This document shows, piece by piece, positions 26,336 to 39,695 of a stretch of DNA of 64,000 bases. Origin of the DNA: the human T2T-CHM13v2.0 reference genome, Homo sapiens; assembly GCF_009914755.1 (NCBI RefSeq), contig NC_060926.1. The stretch is one strand, 5' to 3'. Made by a program: the position numbers and the translations under genes. The notes beneath the pieces were generated by a model. That model did not search any database and was not told the origin of the DNA. It worked only from the letters and a program-made list of their open reading frames with translations. Each line of letters opens with the position of its first letter. Position 1 is the first letter of the stretch.

Positions 26336-26794
26336 CTATTGATGATTCATCTACTGATGACTTATTTATCTTTGAATGATCAATTTAGTGAATACTATGT
26401 TTCTGTTATTGGATTAGACACATACATGAATACAACTCACTCTGTAACCTCAGTCTATTAGAAAAAACAGACACATAAACAGATACATTACAGAGTAACA
26501 AGTGCAACCAAGACAACCAAAATGTAGTTCAGAAGAGGTCGGGATGAAATCTCTCTGGGCAGAGAGGTCAGGGAGAACCTCACAGATGAGGTGATTTCTG
26601 GAACAAATATCTCCAATTAGAGCTGGGGACATATTCTGGGTCCTATACATTATTATGGTGATAAGAAGTTCTAGCTATTCTAAATTTAAGACATCTGTAC
26701 TGCCTGCATTTTTAGTCTCTGCATTTCTCAGTGTTTTTAAACGTTTTGACCTCTATCCACAGGAAGAAATACATTCCACATTACACAGTCTCCA

Positions 26795-28680
26795 ATAAGC
26801 AATTACAAATTCTCTTGAAACAAAGGGAAAAACTAGACAATCTCAGCAAAGAAATATAACTTATAAAAAGGAATTAAATGGAAATCATAGAATTGAAAAA
26901 ATACGGTAACTGAAATAAAAGCCTTGCTGAATGAACTGCGTAGTAGAGTGGAGATGACAGAGGAGAAACTCCACAAACTTGAGGAAAGATAAATAGAATT
27001 TACCAAATATAAACAACAGAGAGAAAATAGCCTGAAAATAAAGATGAACAGTCTCAGGGACACATGGGACAAAACCAAAAGAGTAACATTTGTCTCATCA
27101 AAGTTCCAGAAAAAGAGGAGAGAGACAATGGACTGAAAAGACATTCAAAAAAATGTTGGCTGAAAACTCCTAAAATACGGCAAAAACATGTAAACCTATA
27201 TATTCAACAAGCTGAATGAATCCGAAGTAGGATAAACCCAAACAAATCCCTGTTAAGACAGTGTAATTATACTTCTGAAAACTAACACATCTTGAGGGCA
27301 GCCAGAGAGAAATGATACCCTGCTGATACCACCTATTTCAGTAGATAGTGTATTTCTACTCTAAAAACATGAAGGCCGAGAAGGAAGCGGTGTAACATTT
27401 TTCAGGTATTAAAAGAAAAGAATTGTCAGCTCTGAATTCTGTATCTAGTGAAAATGTCCTCCCCAAATAAAGGGGAAATAAAGACATTTGCAAAAGAAGC
27501 AAAACTAAGAGAATTTCTTGCTAGCACACCTACCCTTAGGAGTAACTAAAGAAAACCAATAATATAATCCATAAAAGGAAAACTGATAAATCAGACCTCA
27601 TCAAAATTTAAAACTTTTGCTCTGTGAAAGACTTTTTTAAGCGGATGAAAAGATAATCTACAAACTGAGAGAAAAAAATTATAAACCATGTATATGACAA
27701 AGGCCTAGTCTCTGGAACATATATAAATTTTTTTATATATTTTATAAATACATACATACATATATGTATGTATAAAATACCCTCTAAAGTGAACATTAAG
27801 AAACCATATGATCCAATTAGAAAATGGGTAAAGCACTGAAGAGGATATGCAAATGGCAAAAAAGCGTAGGAAAATATGTCCAGCATCATTAGCCATCAGG
27901 TAAATGCAAATTTAAACTACAGTGAGAAATACAGAATAGCTAAAAGAAAATCAGTGACAGCAACAAATGCTGAGAAGGATGCAGAGAAACTGAATCATTC
28001 CTACATTGCTAATGGGAATGTAAAATGGTATGGCCATTCTGAGAAACAATTTTGCAGTTTCTTATTAAATAAAATATGCCAACTATCTTAAGACCGGGCA
28101 AATGTACACTTGGGAATTTATCTCAAAGAAATCACATTGATTTTCACACACAAACCTATGTACAAATGTTCACAGCCATTTTATTAAAATAGCCTAAAAT
28201 AGGAAACAACACATCCTTTAACAAGTGGACAGTTAAACAAGCTATGGAACACTACTCAGCCATAAAAAGGAACAAAATATTGATAAACACAACCATACGG
28301 TTGGATCTCAAGGGTATTAGGCTGAGTGAAAAAAAAGCTAATCCCTAAGATCACATACTGTGTGGTTCCATTTATAACCTATTCTCAAAGTGACAAAATT
28401 ATAGAAATGGGGAACAGGTTAGTGTTTACCAGGGGTTACTAAGGAGGTGGCCGTGGAAAGCAGGTGCGTGAGGTTAAGAGTAACATGAGGGACCCTTGTG
28501 GTGATCAGACTGTTCGGTATTTTATGGTATCAATGCTGGTATTCTGTTCTGATATTGTACTATCCTTTTGCAATATGTTCCCATCAGGAGAAATGATGCA
28601 AAGCATACGCATGATCTCTCTGTATCATTTTGCACAGCTGCATGTGAATCTGTATCTCAAAACAAAAATTTAATAAAAAA
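26795..28680 (+). mobile_element. L1MD-type element: ORF1 remnant joined to ORF2 end and 3'UTR (large internal gap)
   Basis: ORF1-like 26800-27545; abrupt switch to ORF2 3' end (aaaacttttgctctgtgaaagac); L1MD tail gctgcatgtgaatct...tctcaaaacaaaaatttaataaaaaa. Confidence 0.85.
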
Positions 28681-28687
28681 GCATACA

Positions 28688-28838
28688 AGAACCTTTAAAA
28701 AACCCGGATGCCTGGATCCCCTAACATATCCTTCCTTTTAGATTCTGATACAGTTGACCGGGGGTAGGGGTTTATATAACTCGATTTTTGAAAGTTTCTC
28801 AAGTGATTCTAACATGTAGTGAGGATAGAGAACCACTG
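28688..28838. mobile_element. MER5-type hAT-Charlie MITE
   Basis: agattctgatacagttg...caagtgattctaacatg...gagaaccactg. Confidence 0.75.
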
Positions 28839-30099
28839 GCCTGAATTATGAATTGGCTCAGGTCACATGGCTGGGGAGACAGCCACATCTAGTCATGAGT
28901 TAATGTTCTTTCTTCCTCCAACCGTGTCACTGGACCGCGGTAAGCTTCCCAAGTGCATGGCCTGTGCCTGTGATCACTGGTACAGCGCCTTGCTCTGTGC
29001 AGAGGCTGCAGATCTTTTCAAAGTTGCTGCTGCTGCTGAAGATGACATGACGCCGCTGGTGGTGGGTATGGTGGGAATGTAACATCCTTGATCCAATTCC
29101 ATTCCTGTTTCATTCTTCAGGTTCATCTGAAGAATGAAATAATGAAATTTCCATGACTATTTTCATATTGGCTCTGCAGGGAATCTGAGAACGGAATAAG
29201 ATAGACACGCATACTGCCTTCTCTTCTTGCATAAATCACAGCTCCTGGCTTATCCATTCTGAGCATATGTTTGGTAACAGTTATGAGTTGAACATATGTT
29301 GTTTTAGGAGATTATTTAAATCTTACTCTAAATCCAAAATAATCTTGTCTGAATATAAAGAGGCCTACAAAGCACACTGAGCAACCAGAAGTGGTGTCAT
29401 GAATTCTACCCCAACTGTATGGAACCATGTTCAGGCCTTCTGAATGTAACGCTTGTCACTTTCGTTGGTCCAGGGCCCTTAGGAGAAGGTATTTTACTGA
29501 TGTGGTTGGCTATTACTTTTAATTGTTAGTAATTAGAATTAATTAGAATATTTGTTTCATTATAATAAAAATTCATAGCTGTTAGGAACAGATAAAGATG
29601 TTCTAGAGGTATTGACTGGGCCCAGGAATCATACAGCAGCTTTTTTTTTTTTTTTTTAGTGCCGGTCATGGGTCAGGCACTCTCCTAGGCACAGAGTTGC
29701 AAAGATAGATACCTAAGAGCCTACTGGGATGCTATAGAGTTCTCATAATTTGGGAACAAATATATCTTTATAAAAATGAAAATTATCCTCAGGCAAAATG
29801 AATGTTTCCTGGCACGTTGTATTGATTGGTTTTAGCTTCTCTTTAAACATAACAGCTTTTTCTTTCTCATTTTCCTCTTCTCATTTAAAACCAAGGAACA
29901 TACTCCCTGCTGGCTTGTGTAGTCCTCCATCTCCAAAACCTCTCACAGTGCTTGCCACACATGCATCCTGCAGCTCTTGCTTTCCAGTCCTCCCTCCCAC
30001 GTCCAGACAGAATCTCCATCTGTGCACTCCCTCCCAACACGAGCAGTGGAAGAGGCCTTTCATCTCCTATCCACAGCTCATTCTATCACCCTGAACTTA

Positions 30100-31130
30100 C
30101 CCCATCCTGTCCTGTCTCCTCTGTGATTTTGCTTCACCAATTTTCTCCTCTCTCTCTTATAACTTCAAACTTTCCTGCTCCTTCTTCCAAAAAAAAAAAA
30201 AATGTTCGAGTCTGTCTTTTTCTAAATGGAATTTTTGGACCTCTTTAATGCTCCCTCTAGCTACTGACCTATTTCTTTTCTTTGTCCTTTCTCCTCAAAA
30301 TTTCATAAAACAGTTGTCTTAAATTCACTGCCTTTGCTTCCTAATCTTCCATTCACTCCTCAATCCATTGCAATTTGGCTTCTACCTCCCTGAATTTGCT
30401 GCAACTGACTTCTGTCCATGGGGATGCTTCTACTTAGAGTGCAGTTTCTCTTAAGGCCTCCACCATAAAACTTTCTCTCAACCTCCCAGTTGGGTTGGGT
30501 GCCCCTCTGTGGCCTCCATGGGCATATCTTTTTCAGGGTGATTACTACTCCAGTCCTTTCATGAAACTCTAAGACTTTTAAAAGCATCTTTTTGTGTCTA
30601 ACCCCTAGGCAAGTGTCTAATGAGGTAAACATTCAGTACATGTTTGTTTATTGAATGTATCAATAAATGAAATGAATGGAAGACTCCCAAATCTACATCT
30701 ATAGCCCAGTTCTTTTGCACATGCTTTTGAAACATACAGACAACTGTGTATCAAATATGTTTTATCAAAATCTCATACTCAAGATAGACAACACTGAAAG
30801 CATCATCTTCTCCTGAAAACTCATTTGACTACTGATGTTAATATCACCATCATTAATTTCTTCAGACAAGAAAAAAATTCAGAGTCTTAGACTCTTCTCT
30901 TTCTCCCACCCACTTACTTGAATCATTCACTAACTCACACCAGTTTATCCTTCTAAATCAATTTCAAAACCATCCTCTCTTCTATTCTTACTGCCATTGC
31001 CTTAACTTAAACATACATCATCTCACACCTGAACAATTTTAATAGCTTCCTAAGAGGTCACTCAGCAGCCATTATCTTCCCTTCTAATTCATTATCCACT
31101 CTTCCTTGTCAATTCTAATTTTAAAACTCA
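30100..31130 (+). mobile_element. L2 fragments
   Basis: ttcactcctcaatccattgcaatttggcttctacc; tail cagtacatgtttgtttattgaatg; gactcccaaatctacatctatagccc. Confidence 0.6.
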
Positions 31131-31137
31131 GATTTGA

Positions 31138-31260
31138 CTCATTTATTCAAAAACTATTTACTGAGTACCTACATAACTCTGGATACTTTCTAAGGCACTA
31201 AGGATACAGAAGTGACCCAAACCAACCAAGCCTTTGCCCTCAAGGAGCTTACCCCTACTG
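31138..31260 (-). mobile_element. L2 3' end
   Basis: catttattcaaaaactatttactgagtacctac. Confidence 0.65.
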
Positions 31261-31366
31261 AGATATGATCATATTTCTGCCCTCTAAATTAGCTTTCACC
31301 AGACAATTGACTGCATAAGAAAGAAATTTTAAAATGATACACAAGGTCCGTCACCATCCAACTAGG

Positions 31367-31548
31367 TAGTTCTCAACTTACGGTGTGCATTTGAATCACA
31401 CTTGGGTTCTTATTAAAAATGTGTCTTTATGATTTCCTTCTTAAGAGAGTCTGATTCTGTCAGCCAGGGGTGGAGCCTCTGCATCTTTAATTAGACTCCC
31501 AAGTGATTCTGATACAGGCAGCTCATGAGTCACACCTTGAGAAACACT
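31367..31548. mobile_element. MER5-type MITE
   Basis: tagttctcaactt...gtctgattctg...ccccaagtgattctgat...cttgagaaacact. Confidence 0.75.
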
Positions 31549-31686
31549 TCTCTATTTTGTCTACCTTTTCAACCTCTCCTCCTGCCACTTCTCTCTGTTC
31601 ATCGTATGTTTCAATAGTATCGAACTATTTTAGCTTCCTCACCACAGTGTGATATTTTTTACCTCTCTGCACCAACCTATGCTGGT

Positions 31687-31868
31687 TGTATTAAGCTCAT
31701 TCACACCAACTGCTGTACCAACAACAACAACAACAACAAAGTCACAGTGACTTAAGTTGATAGAGATTATTTCTCATCATCCAGTGTGGGTATTTCTGAA
31801 TATATTTTCTAGGTGGCCTTCCTTGGAGTGGTTATTCTGGGATCTAGTCTCTTTCTATCCTGTCCTGT
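31687..31868 (-). mobile_element. Old MLT1 LTR fragment
   Basis: tgtattaag...ctgctgtaccaacaac...cagtgacttaa. Confidence 0.5.
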
Positions 31869-32220
31869 TGTATTAGTCCATTCTCACACTGCTGTAAAAA
31901 ATACCTGAGACTGGGTAATTTGTAAAGAAAGAAGGTTTAATTGATTCCTAGTTCCACATGGCTGGGAGGCCTCAGGAAACTTACAATCATGGTGGAAGGT
32001 GAAAGGGAAGCAAGCTTGGACCTTCTCACATGGCGGCAGGAGAGAGAAGAGTGAAGAAGAACTTTTGAACACTTATAAAACCATCAGATCTTGTGAGAAC
32101 TCACTATCACGAGAACAGCATGGGGGAACCGCCCTCATAATCCAATCACTTCCCACCAGGTTTCTCCCTCGACACCTGGGAATTACAATTCAAGATGAAA
32201 TCTGGGTGGGAACACAAAGC
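31869..32220 (-). mobile_element. THE1D/MSTA-type LTR
   Basis: tgtattagtccattctcacactgct...ggcctcaggaaacttacaatcatgg...tgggaacacaaagc. Confidence 0.9.
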
Positions 32221-32239
32221 TTTTACCCATATTCTTTTC

Positions 32240-33500
32240 CCATTATGTGGGCACCTTGGAGTCCAGGCATTGCTCTCGTATTCCCACACACAGTACAATT
32301 CATTCCTCCTCCCAACAAAGGCTGACCCAAAGTCCTATCGAGTCAGTGTATCCAGCTCAAAGTCCACAATTTCTGAGTGATGTGTAGTCTCTCCATCAGT
32401 TGTGGATATTCCTTCTCTTGGCTTAGCAAATTGTATACTAAAAGGACAAGTTATCCTTCCTACCCCACATCCAGTGTGTAGTGATAGAGCACAGATGGGA
32501 TAACCTCAGGACAGGATCCTGAAAAGGAAGGATGCCAGACACAACTCAGTTACTGGTCCTTAGCAGTTATGGAATGGCAAGCATTTTGAAGGCCCCTTAC
32601 CTTGACAATGAGTGAATTTTCTTATTTGGGTCCTGATAATGCTCTCTGGGGGTAGCTCCCTAGTTTGTTATTCTTCTTTGCCCCTGGCTCTGTCCTCTGA
32701 GAGTTTTTTCTTTTTTTCCTTCTTCTTCCTTTTGCATGTCTTCCTTGGCCACCTCTGAGGAAGCTGTTGGAGAGCGTGCCCTCCCTGGGGAATGCATAAC
32801 ATTTCCATCCTTCTTCCTGCTTACAAACTAGAGGACCCAGAGGGTATTGTACTATTGGAATAGTCAAAGCTTTTGTTTAGCAATGAAATTTCTTTGAAAC
32901 TTGGTAGTCTTCTGATTGATTTTCTTCTAGTCAGTTCCAGATGCCTGTAAGTATACTGGAGGATTAGACTAACACTCAACACTGATTTATTTCATTGCAT
33001 TTTCTCCTCCATGCCTCTTTCTGTTTCAACCTAATGACGAAACTTAGCTATGTTAAGACTATTTGAAACTATGGATGGAATAGGTGTATCTTAATATAAT
33101 CTTTGCATTGAGTCACTTTAATCAACTGAAAGAGGTTTCAAATGTCACTCAGAACTCTTTTAATTTTTAAAATTCCAATTTCTTAGCTTTGGGGTCTTGA
33201 AATAGTCAAATTTTCAAACATGCAAAGTCTCATATATTTGCCCTCTTTCTATCATTTCATTTTTGCTTGCAGGTCAGACAATTCCAAATCAACCAACACA
33301 ACTCACTAGTGCTGTTTTTCAACCTCTTCTCTTAGAGCAGTAGACTAAGCAGTAGACTAGGAGGAATACCTGCCTCCTAGTTCACCATATGAAAAAGTTT
33401 AACCAGATGTTTTGTTTCTATATTACATGAACTACTATTTTTCCAATCTTCTTGCTACCCAAGAGCCAAGCTCATGTCACATTGCTCAATTTTATTCTTT
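32240..33500 (-). mobile_element. MaLR internal sequence (MLT1-int)
   Basis: ccagctcaaagtcc...aaggacaagttatc...gggataacc, characteristic of the MLT1 internal region. Confidence 0.6.
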
Positions 33501-36136
33501 AATAAATATATAACTCCAATCGCCCTAGTCTTCACTAGCCTGAAGATTCCAATCAGAGCCGTTGATGATGTCTCTGATGCCACTGGATCATGTTCACAAT
33601 CATGCATGAAGAATCTGTAGAGCCCTAGAAGGCCTTAATCATACTTTGAAGTTACAGAGTAAACCCAAGCAGGTTTACTTTGCACCATACTGCTTCTGCT
33701 CTTCTGTCAATATCCTCTGGGCACTACATGTTGGCCTAGCTTCCACTGTTTCCTGCTAGGCATCTGCTGGGTATTTCCATGTGCACTGGGAATCTGCCAT
33801 CTCCTGCTGAACACCTCAGGTTCTACTAGTGTTCTTCTAACTGCCCTTTTCATAATGAACTAACTTTCTCAATCCCAAAGGGGTGCCGTGTTTTGCAGAG
33901 ATTTTTTTCCTCTCTTTGGTGTCACTATTTGATGTCATTCATACTGCTTATGCACCATGCTTCAAAACTCATATACTTTGGTCCCGCAACCTACTTCTGT
34001 AGCACTCTCTCTTCATGAAGCTCAGACCATACAGTCAGGCCCAGTCTTAGCCCAGATGCCGCTTCCTACATGTGCTGACTTTCTCTAGGTACAGTCACAC
34101 AACTTTCCCTTGATGATCCTTTTCTCCTGGGTAAATCTGCTTATTCAACTGACCTCTGAGGATCCCTTGGCTCTCACCCTTAGGCATTTTTCCAATCTGA
34201 GTGTACATTTTCCTATGACCCCTCCTACAAATACATTGTGTCATTTGAGTAAATAAATGTTCTCTTTTCCTAGAGTATCCCTTCCATCTTGCTTAGCTGA
34301 AAACTCCCGTTCAGTCTTCCAAACTCTACTTCAAGGATGACCTTCTTGGTGAATCATCTCAACCATCTCTACCCCTCACTTGAGAATCTCACTTTCTGTT
34401 GCGTGCAAACTCAGCCTATAGCTTGTGAGACTGAATAGTGAATATTAGCTTGCCTGTCTCTCTCCCCTATGTGGTAGTGAGATCCTTACATATATTCTGT
34501 GTCTGCCATGTAGAAGGTATTTGGTCAATGTTAATTGAGTTTAATTTCACCAATTTCCCTTAGAACACATTTTATCTTCACAGGATGTGTAGCCTTTTCC
34601 ACCTGGTCCCCAGCCGCCCCCCACCATGTCATATCCATGTGGATTAACTGCCTGCCTCAGCCAGCTCACAAAGGGCTGTGAAGTGGATGGAATGCCCATG
34701 AAGCACTATGTGATTCTGAGCATCATTTAGCACATAAAGATGTGCCTCCCCCATCGCCATTCCTTGTTATCTGAGTAGCTAACTATCCTTGATGTAATAA
34801 TGTTTTATCTGCTTCCAGTATTTCAAAAGTTTAAGATCAGCTTACAGAGCTGCATGTGTCAGGGAACGACATTTTGTCTTACAACATTATTTGAGTTGTG
34901 ACACAAGCCTCCTTGACCTAATTCATGAGAAAACATGATACCATTTTGATCTGAAAACTGCTCTGGAAAGTAATTGTCCTCTGAAACACATCTCAGACAA
35001 TGTGGGTACCAACTTAATTTTTCTCCTTCACTACTGTTATTTATGAGGTAGAGGCAAGGAGAAGAGAGATTTTTTAGATGAAAGGTGAAATATTCTATCG
35101 TAGAGTATGTTTTATGAGGAAGAAAAAGAGATATATAATTTCTGACTCTGGGTTTTCATAGGCTCCAGATATCTTTTAAGTTACCGTCTCAACACATTAT
35201 TTAAGGCTCTGTTCTCTGGGATTTTGAAATCTTAGTTTATTTTTTGATATAAAGTCATATCATTCACAGGGTAAATTCTCCCCTAACAATTGCCAAGTGA
35301 AGGGCATTGTTTTTCCACATATCTTCAAGGTTAAAAGGTTTCATTTACTCAGAATGTATTTAATAAATACAGCATCATAAAATATACTCTCAATGACACA
35401 TGGCTCATCATGTGTTATTTTCCACTAATTTATTTAACAATAGTATCCTTCTCTGCTATTGTTTGGATCCTGGAGTTGGGACCATGAGTGAAATGAGAGA
35501 TTTAAAAACAATTCTGATGCCTTACATGAAGAAAGTGTTTTTAGGAAGTTCTCCAAATAGAACTGGTTCCTGCAATGAATTCTTATGGGCCCTGGCTCCA
35601 ATCTGTGTCCCGAACCCAACATTGCACAGATGAAATGACTGCTGTGGGGACAGTGGCATGAGAAAGTGTCATTCAGGCATTTGAGAAGTTCTATGACTGA
35701 AGAAGGTCCTTTTCTCACTGCCTCTCTTCCTAAGTTAAGGTAAGTCCTAAAGTGACCATGAAGGGAGCAGAGGGTGTGATCTGGCACATGCTGGGAAGGA
35801 TGTGTGATAGCAGACAAAGGCAGAAGCATGGGCCAGAGAGTTTTGAACAGTCTGGTGAGCACAGAATGAAGAGAAGTCATGGGGCATGGAGAAGGGAAGG
35901 GGGGAAGTTGGGAGTAGCAGAAATGACAGAAGAGGGCTTTAGATTCTAAGGTCACATGTTCTGTGGAACCCCAATGAGAGACATCAGATGTCAGGCATGA
36001 TCTTGAAATCCCAGGAATGGCCCTATAAGAGACACTGCCCTACCCCATTCCTCAAGGCTGCACAAGTGCCAGGGAAGGCCTGGATGCCTCCCCTTAACTT
36101 GAATGCTTAGACCCCAAAACAAAGGAGGTCACCATC

Positions 36137-36500
36137 TGACATGGTTTGGCTGTGTCCCCACCCAAATCTCATCTTGAATTGTAACTCCCACAATTCCACA
36201 TGTCGAGGGAGGAACCTGGTGGGAAGTGGTTGAATCATGGAGACAGGTCTTTCCCCTGCTGTTCTCGTGATAGTGATTGAGTCTCATGAGATCTGATGGT
36301 TTTTAAAATGGGAGTTGCCCTGCACAAGCTCTCTGCCTGCCACCATGCACGTAAGATGTGACTTGCTCCTCTTTGCCTTCTGCCATGCTTGTGAGGCCTC
36401 CCCAGCCATGTGGAACTGTAAGTCCATTAAACCTCTTTCTTTTGTAAATTGCCCAGTGTCTGGTATGCCTTTATCAACAGCATGAAAACGGACTAATACA
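36137..36500 (+). mobile_element. THE1 (B/C-like) solo LTR
   Basis: tgacatggtttggctgtgtcccc...ggactaataca; perfect 5-bp TSD ccatc at 36132-36136 and 36501-36505. Confidence 0.96.
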
Positions 36501-36611
36501 CCATCCAGTGCAGGAAGAAGGCCATGGCCCTTTCAATGTCCAGAGTTCCAACCACAGGGGTGATTGGGGCTGCTTCCAAGCAGGAGTGTTAAAGCTTCCT
36601 TCCCTTTAGGC

Positions 36612-36830
36612 CAGGGTTTCTCAACTTGGCACTACTGATGATTTGAGCTGAATAATCCTTTGTTGGAAAGGGGGTTGTCCTGTGCTTTATAGGATGTTTA
36701 GCAGCATCCCTGGCTTCTACCTACTGCATGCCCCTAGAAATAGCCCTTTCCTCAGTGTGACAACAAAAATGTTTCCAGACATTTCCAAGTGTCCCTGAGG
36801 GGCAAAAGTGCCCCCAGTTGAGAACCACTG
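36612..36830. mobile_element. MER20 hAT MITE
   Basis: cagggtttctcaac...ggatgtttagcagcatccctggc...gttgagaaccactg; ~219 bp with TIRs. Confidence 0.92.
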
Positions 36831-37149
36831 CTCCTAGCCAATGTGGGGGCAAAATTTACACATCCCTAAGCTGTAGCTTCACTCAGAACATTCTAGAATT
36901 TTCCCTAGTTTCTTGACCTGTTTTTCTAGATCTCAATCTCTCAGCCTCTCTGAACAACAAACCCCATCTGAATGATGACTCTTGTGCAGCGTGAGGCTGT
37001 TGCTGCCGGCTGAGTCCACCACTTGGAATCCCGTTAATAGGACTTTTTTTTTTTTTTTTTTTGTAAATTGAAAACTCTTTGAGCATTGTGCATAGAGCAG
37101 GAAGGTATAGGGTATTCGAGAAGAGTTTGTATAAGGAGTTCCACTGGAA

Positions 37150-37362
37150 ATCATACAGGTTTTGGTCCCAGCAATCTGATTTTGCATTATCTTTCTGCCA
37201 TGTAATATCTGTGTGACCGTCAACAACTTATTTAATCTCTTAGACCTGTGTTAGTATTAGTAAATTGTGAATTAAAAAGATAATTCTCACTCTGTCTCAA
37301 TGAGATGTTGTGAGGGGAGTATTAATGTATGTACAGGGATTTACACATAGCAGATACTCAAT
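37150..37362 (+). mobile_element. MIR
   Basis: tgtgtgacc...caacttatttaatctct...gatgttgtgagg. Confidence 0.65.
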
Positions 37363-37559
37363 GGACAAACAGCAGTGATGAGTGAGGAGATACATTGGGA
37401 GTAGTATTTGAGATTGATAAAAGCCCAGACAGACTGCAGACAGGAGCCAAGGAGGAAAATATAGCTATATATCTGCTCCAGGTTATTATAAAAATATTAT
37501 TATAAGTCCAAATGCTTATTAGTATCTTGCTTTCATATGTGCAAGAGGCAACATATGAA

Positions 37560-38170
37560 GAAACACAAGGCCTGGCCATGCTGTCCAGAAGTGGCAGAAA
37601 ACCGAGTGGATATGTGCAGTGAGGGGGGCAGGTATTATGTATGTGGGGTTTTTGAGAAAGCGAGATTTGAGTTCTGCATTTGACTTGTTTAAAATAAGCA
37701 CAGAAGGGTCTGGAAAGACACTCCTCTACCCTTTCTGTTTCCCCTGAGGGAGGACAAAAGCTGAGAAGCACTTGTGAAGATCACAGCCCAGGGGCACAGG
37801 CTGACTATAAGACTGTGAGCTAATCATAGATTTACAGAATGCTTCGCCTCTCCCCACACCCTACCACCACATTAGCAGGGCTCCTGTGTTACGACGGATT
37901 ACAACAGAAAGCCCTGTAAGGCCCAGATTCTATTTCAGAAGGATTCTCTAGGGAATCCCAAAGGCAAGGCGGGTAGACAGAAATAAGCACACTGCAGAAA
38001 ATTCTAGCCTCTGGCACCTACATCTATGGAAACAGTAAACATGTCCTAACTCCATGCAATAATAAATATAAACACAAACATAAAAACCTCACACTAAAGG
38101 CCTATTTGCCTCAGATCCTTTTACCCAATATATTCCATTTGGCTTTAAACAAAATATTACAGGGTGTGAT
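37560..38170 (+). mobile_element. Old L1 5' region (L1MC-type)
   Basis: gctgagaagcacttgtgaag...cctcacactaaaggcctattt...aaacaaaatattacaggg. Confidence 0.55.
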
Positions 38171-38189
38171 AAAAGGCAATAGAGTTCCA

Positions 38190-38455
38190 GTAGATGGAGT
38201 GCTCCTGGAGGGCTTCTCTAAAGAGCTGACCCTGAGCTGAGGCTGAGTGATGAGTGAGCCAGTCACAGTCAGAGGAAGAGTGAACAGCAAAGGTAAGGCC
38301 CTGGGATGGGGATGAGCATGGTTCAATCCAGAGACAGAAAGTATGGCTGGTGGAGGGTGAGGAAAGTGGAAATTGGCATGAAATGAAGTTAAAGAAAGTC
38401 AAAAGGATCTTTTAGACCATTGTTAGAAGTTGTGATTTTATTTGACTTTAATACA
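38190..38455 (-). mobile_element. L2 fragment
   Basis: gagggcttctctaaagagctgaccctgagctgag...aaaggtaaggccctgg. Confidence 0.6.
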
Positions 38456-39474
38456 AGTGTCTCCAAACCTTCCTTTGCCATTAAGGCATCAACCTGGATG
38501 CTCAGTGATGACATGACCATTGCCTCGGCAGGACCAGACTGTTGTACTTTCCTCTCCCATTCCACAGGAGACCAGTCTCCTTTAGGATGAACACGGACTT
38601 CTCTTGAGAAGGGCTACCAAGTGAAATCCTGACGAGCCCCATGATAGGCAGCCTTTGGCAGCAAACCTCCATTGGCCTAACTTCCCTGGCAGCCTCTTGC
38701 ATCTTTAGTCCCCCATGTCCCTGTCTGTAACTTGATGAGCAAGCACTTGCCTTTCCTGCCCTCAGCATAAGCTTGACTCCCAGTGTAGGAGTCCCTGGCC
38801 GTGGTCTTGCTCCTGCCAACCTAATAGAGCCCCGCCTGGCCCCTCATTCCTGATGATTTTGTTTTGACCCATTTCTTAATAAGGAAGGTCTAGATCTACT
38901 GTGGAGGGGTTGGTTCTGTTCTGGGTTTTGTCCCTTGCCCCAGACTAGCTGCTATGGCCATGTGAGACAGAGAGGAAGAAGAAGCATGAATCTAACCCTG
39001 CATCATTCAGACTGACCTGCAGTCACCTGTATGTGCTGCTCCATAGTGCCTGAGGCTGGCCTGGTTCTTCCACCCATAAGCCTTGACTCTCCTGAGCTGA
39101 GTAAAGGCCCTGGAGCCTACCCTCAGATGCGGCTCTGACAGATGGCATAGAGATGAATAGATAAACAGATCAAATAAAGCAATCATCAGGCTGCCGTCAT
39201 TTCTGGATTCTTTATTTTATTGATTGATTTCCATAGAACAGTCCTGCTCTCTAATATAGTGTGTTTATCTGAATATCCCAGCAGACAGAGATAATCATGG
39301 ACCTCATAAACCAAGAGGAGGCACATTTATGCTTTTAACTGTAGCAGATATTTAGCTGTTTGTTCTGGTTTGCATTTATTCTTTATGAGCTTATCTTTTC
39401 CCTTCCCTTCATGGTGAGTTAAAGACCACTCTCAAGTATTTATCATCCTCCATGGCTATTATTAATAAATAGCA

Positions 39475-39695
39475 TCATAACAACCACCATTTGTTGAGCT
39501 CCTTTTACATGCTAGCATAGTAACAACACACATTCTCCTCACCCCACCCCCCTCCCCACTACACACATATTGCAAGTAGTTTTATTCCCATTGTTCAGAT
39601 TAGAGAACTGAGGTTCCTAGACATCAGGCAAGTTGCCCACCAAGAAAGTAACTGAATTCAAATTCAAACTTTGGCTTTTCTGATTACAAATTGAG
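39475..39695 (-). mobile_element. MIR
   Basis: accatttgttgagct...attcccattgttcagattagagaactgagg. Confidence 0.7.

Noticed and set aside
35434-35955. 173-aa minus-strand ORF
   Set aside because: No recognisable homology, non-ATG start, and it overlaps L2-like sequence; consistent with chance.
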